Counted from the stretch's first letter, positions 18,002 to 26,054 are shown. The stretch is 49,267 bases of DNA from Eubacteriales bacterium (GCA_045577475.1 JAZNIM010000249.1:1-49267); one strand, 5' to 3'. A program made the numbers and translations. The notes: a model not told the origin generated them from the letters alone.

Positions 18002-18025
18002 ACACAGTCATCCTTTCAAAAACAA

Positions 18026-19477
18026 TCAAACAAAGTATTTTCTTATAAAGTACGTTGGTGTACAACTCCATGCGTGGCACCCACTGTTTATCATTCTGTC
18101 ACCGTAGGGTGAAAAGTCGTTGTCCTCGGGTACAAACACCTCATAGAAGGTATCTGCACCCTTTTCAACCATAATGCCCCAGTAATTCTTGATGTATTCC
18201 TTAGCTTTATCAAGCATTTCAAGCTTTATAAGTGCCTCAACAACGTAGTGATGCATATACGGCGTGAAGGGTTTAATGATATCCTTATTACTGAGCACAC
18301 GTGTCAGCATATTCTTCGCTTCTTCTCCCGATATAACACCGCCCAAAATCATCCACACAACCGAATGTACGCTGTACTGATAGTTATCCTTGCCTGCCTT
18401 GAAAAGTCCCTTCTCGCAGTCAAAAAGCTGTTTCCTGGATTTAATCCTAAGTTCTTCAAGAACAGCCGAATACTTTTCAAGGTCATCATGTGAAAGCTTT
18501 TCAAGAACGCTGCAAAGATTATCCAGCACGTACAGCAGCACGCCCTGCAAACTAGTCTGCTTTACAAGATTGGGGCACCAATCTATAAAACCTCCCAATT
18601 CCCACGACTTTATAATTCCGTCCTCATCAAGAGCATTTACACATGCATCAATCTGGCTTTTTGCAACCTCGTACAACTCAAGGAAGGTTTCTTTGTCGCC
18701 GGTATGATGATACAAGTCACATAAGCTGCAACAGAACAACAATGCATAGTCGCCGCACATCCAATCTCCGTTGTAAAATTCGGGATAGTCATAAACGTGG
18801 GTAGGCAGCAAGCCGTAGGAGTTTTTATCGCAGGCTGCAAAAAGATACAGGCATCTTTTTACGAGGTCAATATTGCCGAAGGTATAATAATTTGCCAAAG
18901 CTTCAAGCCGCAAATCCCCTAACCAAAGGCGTCTGTCACGCTTAGGACCGTCCTCGAAAACCCTCTGCATGCAGTTTTTAAGAGTATTAACACCTATTCT
19001 GTCAATTTCTCTCAGCTTTTCATCAGAGATTTCAACCTTCTTCAAAGTGTTTTCGTCCGCACTTGTAACGGATGTGAAACAAATGTTTTTAAGCACAAAT
19101 TCCTGAGGAGTGGCAAGTACCGTGATTTTCACAAATCCTGCGGCGTATCTTCTCGGAAGCTTATATTCACCTGCGTAATCAAATGTAACTATTTCCTCTT
19201 GAAGCCAGGATGAGCAAAGACCGCCGTTATACTTTGAAAAATCGTCGTCAAGCTCTCTTTTGGTTTCACAGAATTTTATACTGAGCCTCACGGGTGCATC
19301 AAGGTAAACCTTATGACGCTTAATATCAAAAGACAAATATCCTGCACCGTACGTACCAAAATCAAACACTTTGCTTTCGCCGCTTTTGAGTATGTATTCC
19401 GAGGCTTCAGAAAAAACTGCCTTTTCATACAATTCGGGAATTATTTCATATGCTTTTTGAAGATATTTATTATTCAT
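18026..19477 (-). CDS. (alpha/alpha)6 six-hairpin glycoside hydrolase-like protein, GH78 (rhamnosidase)-related
   Basis: 483 aa. DGPKRDRRLWLGD and the C-terminal SGCHAWSCTPTYF resemble the rhamnosidase six-hairpin domain. There is no signal peptide. The family call comes from memory of motifs only. Confidence 0.5.
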   Translation of the reverse strand: MNNKYLQKAYEIIPELYEKAVFSEASEYILKSGESKVFDFGTYGAGYLSFDIKRHKVYLDAPVRLSIKFCETKRELDDDFSKYNGGLCSSWLQEEIVTFDYAGEYKLPRRYAAGFVKITVLATPQEFVLKNICFTSVTSADENTLKKVEISDEKLREIDRIGVNTLKNCMQRVFEDGPKRDRRLWLGDLRLEALANYYTFGNIDLVKRCLYLFAACDKNSYGLLPTHVYDYPEFYNGDWMCGDYALLFCCSLCDLYHHTGDKETFLELYEVAKSQIDACVNALDEDGIIKSWELGGFIDWCPNLVKQTSLQGVLLYVLDNLCSVLEKLSHDDLEKYSAVLEELRIKSRKQLFDCEKGLFKAGKDNYQYSVHSVVWMILGGVISGEEAKNMLTRVLSNKDIIKPFTPYMHHYVVEALIKLEMLDKAKEYIKNYWGIMVEKGADTFYEVFVPEDNDFSPYGDRMINSGCHAWSCTPTYFIRKYFV

Positions 19478-19513
19478 TTTTTCTCTCCTAAATTCTCACT
19501 CTTAAAGTAACCC

Positions 19514-20188
19514 TTAAAACAATTCCTCACAAAACTCTTTTACATAGCTAAAGTCCGTTCTTCTCTGAGCCATCAGCCAATCCATCAGCTTTGTGTTTCT
19601 GTAGGCATAATCAATTGCATCATTATGACCGTAGCCGTCCAAAAGAATCAGCTCTGCTTTTCCGCCGCTGCTGTTAACTGCATTTACCATAAGCTCTGAG
19701 TATACCGCAGGTACTGCACCGTCGACACTTCCATGAACCGCAAGAACAGGCGTTGTGCGAAGCTTAGGTGCACGCCAGCTCATTCCGCCTCCCGAAACGG
19801 GAGCAATTGCCGCAAAGAATGATGGATATGTCTTTCCCATCATCCATGTACCAAAACCGCCCATGCTTGAACCTGTAAGGCAAATACGATCTCTTTTAAT
19901 GCCGTACTCAATGACAACAGAATCAATTATTCCTTTAAGCTTATCCACAACATTGTCCCATACATACTGTGCAGGACACTGGGGGCAGAGAATTACCGCA
20001 GGATATTCCCTGCCTTCTTCCACAAGCTTAGGCAAACCGTGGCGGTAAAGATGGCTCTCGTCCGTTCCTCTTTCTCCCGCTCCGTGAAGGTACACAACAA
20101 GGGGCAGATTTTCATAGTTATCGGGATAAAATACTATATAATTCATTGCAAAGGTGTTATTCTTATATGAGTAATTCTTTGTATTCAT
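19514..20188 (-). CDS. Alpha/beta-hydrolase fold esterase (carboxylesterase / CE1-like)
   Basis: 224 aa. It has LHGAGERG, a GxSxG nucleophile elbow (TGSSMGG) and a late GHND His. A GGGGAG SD precedes the start. Confidence 0.7.
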   Translation of the reverse strand: MNTKNYSYKNNTFAMNYIVFYPDNYENLPLVVYLHGAGERGTDESHLYRHGLPKLVEEGREYPAVILCPQCPAQYVWDNVVDKLKGIIDSVVIEYGIKRDRICLTGSSMGGFGTWMMGKTYPSFFAAIAPVSGGGMSWRAPKLRTTPVLAVHGSVDGAVPAVYSELMVNAVNSSGGKAELILLDGYGHNDAIDYAYRNTKLMDWLMAQRRTDFSYVKEFCEELF

Positions 20189-20222
20189 GTTGCTATCTCC
20201 CCAAAAATTATCTTTTTGTAAA

Positions 20223-20251
20223 ATTATACCATACGTGAAATCAAATTACAA
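20223..20251 (-). promoter_or_regulatory. Promoter (extended -10) for the esterase / GH78-like / CaCA / SGNH operon
   Basis: On the minus strand: TTGTAA (20251-20246), a 17-nt spacer, then TGgTATAAT (-10 at 20228-20223). Confidence 0.55.
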
Positions 20252-20333
20252 CACATTTACAAATTATCATAATAAAAATTCCCCACTCAAAACTTCACCC
20301 AAAAGAGTCAATAACAATTTCTTAAAAAAAACC

Positions 20334-20362
20334 TTGCATTTTGTCGAAATTTGTGTTACAAT
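20334..20362 (+). promoter_or_regulatory. Promoter (extended -10) for the acyltransferase-like gene
   Basis: TTGCAT (20334-20339), a 17-nt spacer, then TGtTACAAT (-10 at 20357-20362). A GAGG SD precedes ATG 20394. Confidence 0.6.
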
Positions 20363-20393
20363 TTATTCAACAAAGCTACGATGAGGTATTTTT

Positions 20394-21248
20394 ATGGGAT
20401 TTAAAGAAGGAAGACGCATTAAAAGCGGACACCCCATGGATGCAATTTCCCCGTTTATTATGCCTACCCGCTCAGGTGCATCAAACATGTTTATCTACAG
20501 CGTTGACATTACCAAGTGCGAACAGCTCATAAAAGATAAAAAAGCCGAAGGTCTTAAAAATATCGGCATGATACATCTTTTCATGGCAGCATACACAAGG
20601 GTGGTGGCAACACTTCCCGGAGTCAACAGATTTATCCGCGGACAACGTTTATATGCAAGAAACAACATTGAAATCTGCATGGTTATTAAAAAGGAGCTTT
20701 CCCTTAATGCTCCCGAAACAGTTGTCAAGATTTTTCCTTCTCCTTCCGATACTTTAGACAGTATTTACAAGCAGCTTGATGACACAATTGCCGAGAATTC
20801 AGGCGAGGGTGATACAAACAGCATGGACACGGTTGCAAGGATACTTACAAAGCTCCCACGCATTTTTCTGCGTTCCTCAATCGGAATAATCAATTTTTTA
20901 GATTATTTCGGTTTGCTTCCGAGGTTTATAACAAATCTCAGTCCCTTCCACGGTTCGATTTTTATGACAAATCTTGGTTCACTTGGTATTCCTCCCGTTT
21001 ATCACCACTTATACGATTTCGGCAATCTTCCGGTTTTCCTTGCAATGGGTGCTAAAAGGACTGAATATGTTTTGAACAAGGACGGCGAAGCGGAAAAACA
21101 CAGGCTTATAGACTTTACGGTTGTATGCGACGAGAGAATATGCGACGGTCATTATTATGCAACTGCTTTCAAGAAGTTCAAGCGTATTCTTGAGCACCCC
21201 GAGCAGTTAAATGAAGCTCCCGCAGAAATTGTTGATGACATAAAGTGA
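20394..21248 (+). CDS. Stand-alone 2-oxoacid dehydrogenase E2 / CAT-like acyltransferase-fold protein
   Basis: 284 aa. The C-terminal VVCDERICDGHYYATAF aligns by eye with the E2 DHRxxDG motif and the CAT HHAVCDG motif. Confidence 0.55.
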   Translation: MGFKEGRRIKSGHPMDAISPFIMPTRSGASNMFIYSVDITKCEQLIKDKKAEGLKNIGMIHLFMAAYTRVVATLPGVNRFIRGQRLYARNNIEICMVIKKELSLNAPETVVKIFPSPSDTLDSIYKQLDDTIAENSGEGDTNSMDTVARILTKLPRIFLRSSIGIINFLDYFGLLPRFITNLSPFHGSIFMTNLGSLGIPPVYHHLYDFGNLPVFLAMGAKRTEYVLNKDGEAEKHRLIDFTVVCDERICDGHYYATAFKKFKRILEHPEQLNEAPAEIVDDIK

Positions 21249-21255
21249 ATTTTAA

Positions 21256-21292
21256 GGTTGTTGCAATTTGCAGCAGCCTTTTAGTTTTGTTT
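21256..21292 (+). terminator. Rho-independent terminator of the acyltransferase-like gene
   Basis: GGUUGUUGCA-auu-UGCAGCAGCC forms a 10-bp stem with 2 G-U pairs. UUUUAGUUUUGUUU follows. Confidence 0.7.
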
Positions 21293-21303
21293 CAAATAAA
21301 TTC

Positions 21304-21333
21304 TTGACACATACACCTTCTAAGTGATATACT
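21304..21333 (+). promoter_or_regulatory. Strong sigma-70-like promoter facing manA
   Basis: TTGACA (21304-21309), an 18-nt spacer, then TGaTATACT (-10 at 21328-21333). It lies about 300 nt upstream of the manA ATG. I saw no better promoter closer to manA. Confidence 0.55.
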
Positions 21334-21343
21334 GTTAAAAAGT

Positions 21344-21372
21344 AAAAAAAGCCTCCCGATTATCTCGGGAAG
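21344..21372 (-). terminator. Rho-independent terminator of the small minus-strand ORF
   Basis: The minus-strand RNA reads CUUCCCGA-gauaa-UCGGGAGG (8 bp including one G-U), then C and UUUUUUU. On the plus strand the same stem has a C-A mismatch and no good U tract. Confidence 0.8.
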
Positions 21373-21390
21373 CTCATTTCGGAGAATGCA

Positions 21391-21504
21391 GTGCTGATTT
21401 TACTTACAGCTCTTGGAATTCTTGTTGTCGGCGGAATTATTGTTGCTCTTGTTATCTGCCTTGTTGTCCGCCTTGTTATCAGCCTTATTTACGTAAAGCT
21501 GTGA
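21391..21504 (+). CDS. Candidate 37-aa hydrophobic (single-TM-like) peptide antisense to the KADN ORF
   Basis: Not in the track. The start is GTG 21391, with GGAGA 5-6 nt upstream. My translation is MLILLTALGILVVGGIIVALVICLVVRLVISLIYVKL, ending at TGA 21502-21504. It may simply be the complementary-strand shadow of the K/N/D-rich ORF. Confidence 0.25.
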   Translation: MLILLTALGILVVGGIIVALVICLVVRLVISLIYVKL

Positions 21505-21552
21505 ATCCTGCGTCTTATTGTCTGCCTTATTTTTTGCGTTTTTGTTAGACAT
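21400..21552 (-). CDS. Small hydrophilic KADN-repeat protein (50 aa), unknown function
   Basis: Not in the track (under 60 aa). My translation is MSNKNAKNKADNKTQDSQLYVNKADNKADNKADNKSNNNSADNKNSKSCK. AAGGAG lies 8 nt upstream of ATG 21552. The stop is TAA, and terminator 21344-21372 follows. Confidence 0.5.
   Translation of the reverse strand: MSNKNAKNKADNKTQDSQLYVNKADNKADNKADNKSNNNSADNKNSKSCK
21448..21483. repeat. Three tandem 12-nt units (CTTGTTRTCNGC)
   Basis: cttgttatctgc / cttgttgtccgc / cttgttatcagc. They encode KADN x3 on the minus strand and LV(I/V)x on the plus strand. A related copy lies at 21421-21432. Confidence 0.8.
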
Positions 21553-21605
21553 TGTTTTTACTCCTTTACTGTTTGGTAATCATAGTATTTTCCCATTTTG
21601 AAAAA

Positions 21606-21633
21606 ATAATACACTTTGAAAGGAATTTGTAAA
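21606..21633 (-). promoter_or_regulatory. Weak candidate promoter for the small minus-strand ORF
   Basis: On the minus strand: TTTACA (21633-21628), a 16-nt spacer, then TATTAT (21611-21606). It overlaps the manA SD/start region. Confidence 0.3.
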
Positions 21634-22587
21634 ATGAATTTTTATCCACTAAAATTAAAGCCTGTTACAAAATACATCATCTGGGGCGGCAACTATCTCA
21701 AAGAAAATTTCGGTTACAAAAGTGACGACGAGAACATTGCAGAAGCATGGATTACAACCTGTAGACCCGATGGTGTAAACATAATCGAAAACGGCGAATA
21801 TGAGGGTTTGACTCTTGACAAATACATTGAAGATGCAGGAAAAGAGAATGTATACGGCTCTTTTGAGGATTTTCCCCTTCTCATAAAATTCATTGATGCC
21901 AACGACAAGTTATCCGTTCAGGTTCATCCCGATGATGAGTATGCAAAGGCTAACGGTCTTGATGCAGGTAAAACGGAAATGTGGTACATAGTGGATTCAA
22001 AAGAAGGTGCAAGTCTTGTTTACGGACTTCGTGATAAGGTAAAGCCTACGGCAAAGGAGCTTTTGGAATACAACGAACAAGGCAAGCTTGCTGAAAAGCT
22101 CAACTTCGTTCCCGTAAAGAAAGGTGACTGCTTCTTTATCCCCGCAGGTCTTGTTCACGCTATCGGCGAAGGCATTGTTATTGCAGAAATTCAGCAGAAT
22201 TCCAACACCACCTACCGCATGTACGATTATGACAGAATTGGCAAGGACGGCAAAAAGAGAGAGCTTCACATAGAAAAGGCTGCTGAGGTTATCAAGACTG
22301 ATTTTGAAGGCGATTTTATATCAGGCAAGGTTATTGACGAAACAAAAACAATTCTTTGCGACTGTAACCTTTTCTCTGTTGAAAAGTTTATTGTTGACGG
22401 CTGTGATTTAGCAGTTGACGGCGGCACTATGACAAGCATCATCTGTCTTGACGGTAACGGTACTATTATGTGTGACGGAAAAGAGTATGCGGTTTCAAAG
22501 GGTGACTCTTATCTTCTTCCAAAAGCTTTAAGCGGTGTTACGGTTAAGGGCGGCAAGTGTGAGATTATTGTATCAAAAGCAAAATAA
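21634..22587 (+). CDS. manA: Mannose-6-phosphate isomerase, class I
   Basis: The track ORF begins at TTG 21616. I prefer ATG 21634 (MNFYPLKLKPV...). Motifs are LSVQVHPDD, KTEMWYIV and IPAGLVHAIGEG. Confidence 0.85.
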   Translation: MNFYPLKLKPVTKYIIWGGNYLKENFGYKSDDENIAEAWITTCRPDGVNIIENGEYEGLTLDKYIEDAGKENVYGSFEDFPLLIKFIDANDKLSVQVHPDDEYAKANGLDAGKTEMWYIVDSKEGASLVYGLRDKVKPTAKELLEYNEQGKLAEKLNFVPVKKGDCFFIPAGLVHAIGEGIVIAEIQQNSNTTYRMYDYDRIGKDGKKRELHIEKAAEVIKTDFEGDFISGKVIDETKTILCDCNLFSVEKFIVDGCDLAVDGGTMTSIICLDGNGTIMCDGKEYAVSKGDSYLLPKALSGVTVKGGKCEIIVSKAK

Positions 22588-22606
22588 AATCTACTCAAAA
22601 AAGATT

Positions 22607-22632
22607 GGACGCAGACATAAAAATCTGCGTCC
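22607..22632. terminator. Bidirectional terminator between the convergent manA and EEP genes
   Basis: GGACGCAGA-cataaaaa-TCTGCGTCC forms a 9-bp stem. It is flanked by an A6 run upstream and a T-rich stretch downstream. Confidence 0.75.
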
Positions 22633-22645
22633 TTCATTATTTAAA

Positions 22646-23413
22646 TTAAAATTCAAAGTCAACATACACGGGTGAATGGTCGGAGGAGTCAAGAACACAT
22701 CCATCTTCAACAACAACCTGTTTATCAAAGGAAAAATCCTTGTATGTTACAATATGATCTATGGTTTTCATAAAATCAAGCTCTGTCTTTTTACCGTGGA
22801 ACAGCTTATCCTCTCCTCTTTCGGGATTTCCATGGATGGTACAGATTTTATGAGGCTCTTTTGAAAGGTCATAGGAAGATTGCACGCCCTGTTCGTACAG
22901 ATACTTTATTGCGGGACTGTCAGGTCTGCTGTTTAAGTCACCGAATGCAATTACGGGGCAGTTATATCTGTCTTTAAGCAGATTCATTCTGTTAAGAAGC
23001 TGAACGGCATTGAGTCTACGCAACTCATAGTCTTCTTCATTTCTTTCCATCCACCAAAAATGGGTGTTGAGTACGCACAAAAGCTTTTTAGTCACTTTAT
23101 CCGCAAGAACCGCCCATGTTATGCTTTTACTTTGGTCGGGGGTTTTATCAAGATGCTCCCAACCGCATTCAACCATATTAAAGGCTGCTTTTCTGAACAT
23201 TAGCGGGGTATAATTTCCTACCCATCCTTCAACCAATGTGTATTCGTCAGATAGTCTGCCGAAGATTCCCTCATTATACCAGCCTTCAGTTATTTCCTGA
23301 ACACCGATTATATCGGGAAGATATTTTCTATACGTATCTTCAAGCCCCTTGCTTCTTGTGTTACACTCATTTCCGAAGTAGTCACCCCAGATATTGCTTG
23401 TCATTATACGCAT
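22646..23413 (-). CDS. Endonuclease/exonuclease/phosphatase (EEP) family protein
   Basis: 255 aa. It has MTSNIWGDY, IIGVQE and a C-terminal SSDHSPVYVDF. A GAGGTG SD precedes the start. Confidence 0.75.
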   Translation of the reverse strand: MRIMTSNIWGDYFGNECNTRSKGLEDTYRKYLPDIIGVQEITEGWYNEGIFGRLSDEYTLVEGWVGNYTPLMFRKAAFNMVECGWEHLDKTPDQSKSITWAVLADKVTKKLLCVLNTHFWWMERNEEDYELRRLNAVQLLNRMNLLKDRYNCPVIAFGDLNSRPDSPAIKYLYEQGVQSSYDLSKEPHKICTIHGNPERGEDKLFHGKKTELDFMKTIDHIVTYKDFSFDKQVVVEDGCVLDSSDHSPVYVDFEF

Positions 23414-23425
23414 AAAAACACCTCA

Positions 23426-24229
23426 CTATTTTCTTTCAACGGGATTTCCCTTGATGATTTCCCCTACATTTTCATAGATATACTTAGGTCTGTAAGGGAA
23501 CGCTCTGAGGTCTTCAAGCTTTGTAACGCCCGAAAGCACAAGTACAGTATCAATTTCAGATTCAATACCTGCAACAATATCGGTGTCCATTCTGTCGCCA
23601 AGGATTACCGCTTCCTCAGGTGCTACGCCCAAGAGTTTAATACCCGACTTCATCATGAGAGGATTGGGCTTACCCACGTAGTATGGAACACAGCCTGTGG
23701 AAAGCTCAATCGGAGCAACCAGTGCCTTTGTGGCAGGAACAATACCCTGCTCTGAAGGGCCTGTCATATCGGGGTTTGTACCGATAAGCTTTGCACCGTT
23801 ATTTACCATCCTTACGGCTCTTATAATATTTTCATAGTTATAGTTTCTTGTTTCACCCATGACAACGTAATCAGGGTTAACGTCATTCATGGAAATACCT
23901 TTATCGTAGAGTGCATTTATAAGACCGGGTTCACCGATAACATATGCAGAACAGCCCGGCTTCTGGCTTGCAAGAAAATCAGCAGTTGCAAGTGCCGATG
24001 TATAAAAATGTGACGGTTCAACATCAAGACCCATTCTTTTAAGCTTCTGAGCAAGCTCAATAGGTGAACGCTCGGAAGAGTTTGTAAAGAAAAGAAAATG
24101 CTTACCGTTTTCCTTTAACCACTGAATGAACTCGGGAACACCCTCAAGAATTTTGTTACCGTGATAGATAACACCGTCCATATCGCTAATAAAGCCTTTT
24201 TTGGAATTAATATCAAGTACTTTTTTCAT
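23426..24229 (-). CDS. HAD-IIA family sugar-phosphate phosphatase (NagD-like)
   Basis: 267 aa. It has the DMDGVIYHG (DxDG) motif, FFTNSS and GDRMDTDI. Confidence 0.8.
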   Translation of the reverse strand: MKKVLDINSKKGFISDMDGVIYHGNKILEGVPEFIQWLKENGKHFLFFTNSSERSPIELAQKLKRMGLDVEPSHFYTSALATADFLASQKPGCSAYVIGEPGLINALYDKGISMNDVNPDYVVMGETRNYNYENIIRAVRMVNNGAKLIGTNPDMTGPSEQGIVPATKALVAPIELSTGCVPYYVGKPNPLMMKSGIKLLGVAPEEAVILGDRMDTDIVAGIESEIDTVLVLSGVTKLEDLRAFPYRPKYIYENVGEIIKGNPVERK

Positions 24230-24232
24230 TTT

Positions 24233-24829
24233 TTACTCCTTGTTTTCAATTAAATATGTTGCTTCTATATCCGCTATGTGCAGTTTAACCGCAAGAGGAT
24301 ATTTTTCGAATGCTCCGTTAATGGCAAACCTGCCGCCCCTTGCCGCATCGTCAAAGCCGCCCATGTGCCATCTGATTGCGATTGCCTCCTCAACCTTAAG
24401 GCGCATAAAGCGTTCAATGAGAAACACGCTTTTTTCTCCGTGTCCAAAAGGAAATTTATCTTCAATCACGTAGTAATTGACTCTTTCCCACTGTCCCGTT
24501 GCTTCATTCTTGACGTTTCTTTGGCTTACCTTATAAAACTCCGCCTTACACAAATCGTGCAACAGTGCTGCAATTGCCATAGATTCATCAGGCTTTCCGC
24601 CGTTATATCTGTCAATCATTGCATTATACACATTAAGAGAGTGCTCTGCAAGTCCACCCTCAAAGGCATTATGAAACTTTGAGCTTGCGGGTGCTGTAAA
24701 AAAGTCCGTTTTTTCAATCCAATTGAGAAGCTCCTCGCTGCCCTGTCTTGTAATTGCATCCTTATACGCCTTGACAAATTTGTCCTTGACGGATTCAAAT
24801 TTAATGGCTCTGAGCTGTTCTTCGTTCAT
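24233..24829 (-). CDS. HD-domain phosphohydrolase (YhaM-like HD module without an OB fold)
   Basis: 198 aa. It has APASSKFHNAFEGGLAEHSL and ALLHDLCK (the H...HD signature). Confidence 0.65.
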   Translation of the reverse strand: MNEEQLRAIKFESVKDKFVKAYKDAITRQGSEELLNWIEKTDFFTAPASSKFHNAFEGGLAEHSLNVYNAMIDRYNGGKPDESMAIAALLHDLCKAEFYKVSQRNVKNEATGQWERVNYYVIEDKFPFGHGEKSVFLIERFMRLKVEEAIAIRWHMGGFDDAARGGRFAINGAFEKYPLAVKLHIADIEATYLIENKE

Positions 24830-24851
24830 TATATTCTCCTTATATGAATAT

Positions 24852-25997
24852 TTATATTATCAAGCTGTTATACACGTCTTTTTCAAACTGAACCGCGGTT
24901 TTATTTCCTGCACCGCCGTCATATCTTGAGTTTTTCATGTAAACTGCCGCAATTTTATTTTCGGGGTCTATCCAAAAATGAGAGCCGTATGCACCGCTCC
25001 AGCCGTAGCTTCCCACAGGTCGTATATTTTGTCCCGTTATTACTCTCACACCAAATCCCCAACGCCAAAAACCACCCTGAATACTTTCGGGAACATGAGC
25101 TTTTCCTATAAGCCTGACACTGTTTTGTGAAAGAATTCTCGTTCCGTCAAACACACCTTCGTCAAGAAGCATCCGAGCAAAATTGACATAATCGTCAAGT
25201 GTTGAAGCAAGACCCGCTCCGCCGTTAAAGTGAGTGCATGGGTAATCCTCAAATATATTTCCCTGCTTTACCGAGCTTACGACGCCTTTTCCGTCAACTC
25301 TGTTGGACATTGATATAAACCGTGTCCACTGTTCCGTTGTGGGAACAAAGCAGGTATCGGGCATATTGCATTTATCAAAGATATTCTGCTTCAAGTACGT
25401 GCTGTAATCTGTATCGGAAACAAGCTCAACTATTCGTGCCAGCACATTAAAGCCTGCTACTGCGCTGTATTCCTGTTTTGTAAAAGGCTCAAAGGACAGT
25501 GCTGTCTTACTTACCGCCTCAACATAAGAGCAAAGTGTTGCCTTTTCTTGCTTTGACATAACGGAAACCTGAAGCCGTCCCACATCACCGCTGCAAAGTC
25601 CCGATGTATGGGTGAGCAAATGTATAAGCTTTATATCATTTTTTGCCAATGTGCCGTAACAAAGCTTACCCTTTGCATCAATAAATGCAGTTTTCATCCG
25701 TGAAAACTCAGGAAGATACTTTTTTACATCATCATAAATATCCAGTTTTCCTTTTTCAACAAGGCTCATAACCGCACAGGCAGTAATGGGCTTTGTCATG
25801 GAAGCAAGGCGGAAAAGAGTGTTTTCACGAACTTTTTCTTGTGAATCATAGGAAATTGTGCCAAAGCAGTTTTTATAAGCTACCTTCCCGTTTTGAATAA
25901 CGCAAACATTATATCCGGGAATTATCCGCTGTTCAATATCACGCTCTGCCGTCATTTCTAAATTCTTTTTCAAGGCATCTGCATTAATGAGCTTCAT
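24852..25997 (-). CDS. Serine hydrolase of the beta-lactamase / class C PBP-like family
   Basis: 381 aa. It has FRLASMTKPITA (SxxK). There is no signal peptide. Confidence 0.75.
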   Translation of the reverse strand: MKLINADALKKNLEMTAERDIEQRIIPGYNVCVIQNGKVAYKNCFGTISYDSQEKVRENTLFRLASMTKPITACAVMSLVEKGKLDIYDDVKKYLPEFSRMKTAFIDAKGKLCYGTLAKNDIKLIHLLTHTSGLCSGDVGRLQVSVMSKQEKATLCSYVEAVSKTALSFEPFTKQEYSAVAGFNVLARIVELVSDTDYSTYLKQNIFDKCNMPDTCFVPTTEQWTRFISMSNRVDGKGVVSSVKQGNIFEDYPCTHFNGGAGLASTLDDYVNFARMLLDEGVFDGTRILSQNSVRLIGKAHVPESIQGGFWRWGFGVRVITGQNIRPVGSYGWSGAYGSHFWIDPENKIAAVYMKNSRYDGGAGNKTAVQFEKDVYNSLII

Positions 25998-26025
25998 ATA
26001 ACAATCACCATACTTTTACCGATAC

Positions 26026-26054
26026 ATTATAACACAACAAATCCAACATTTCAA
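26026..26054 (-). promoter_or_regulatory. Near-consensus promoter of the four-hydrolase operon
   Basis: On the minus strand: TTGAAA (26054-26049), a 17-nt spacer, then TGtTATAAT (-10 at 26031-26026). Confidence 0.6.
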
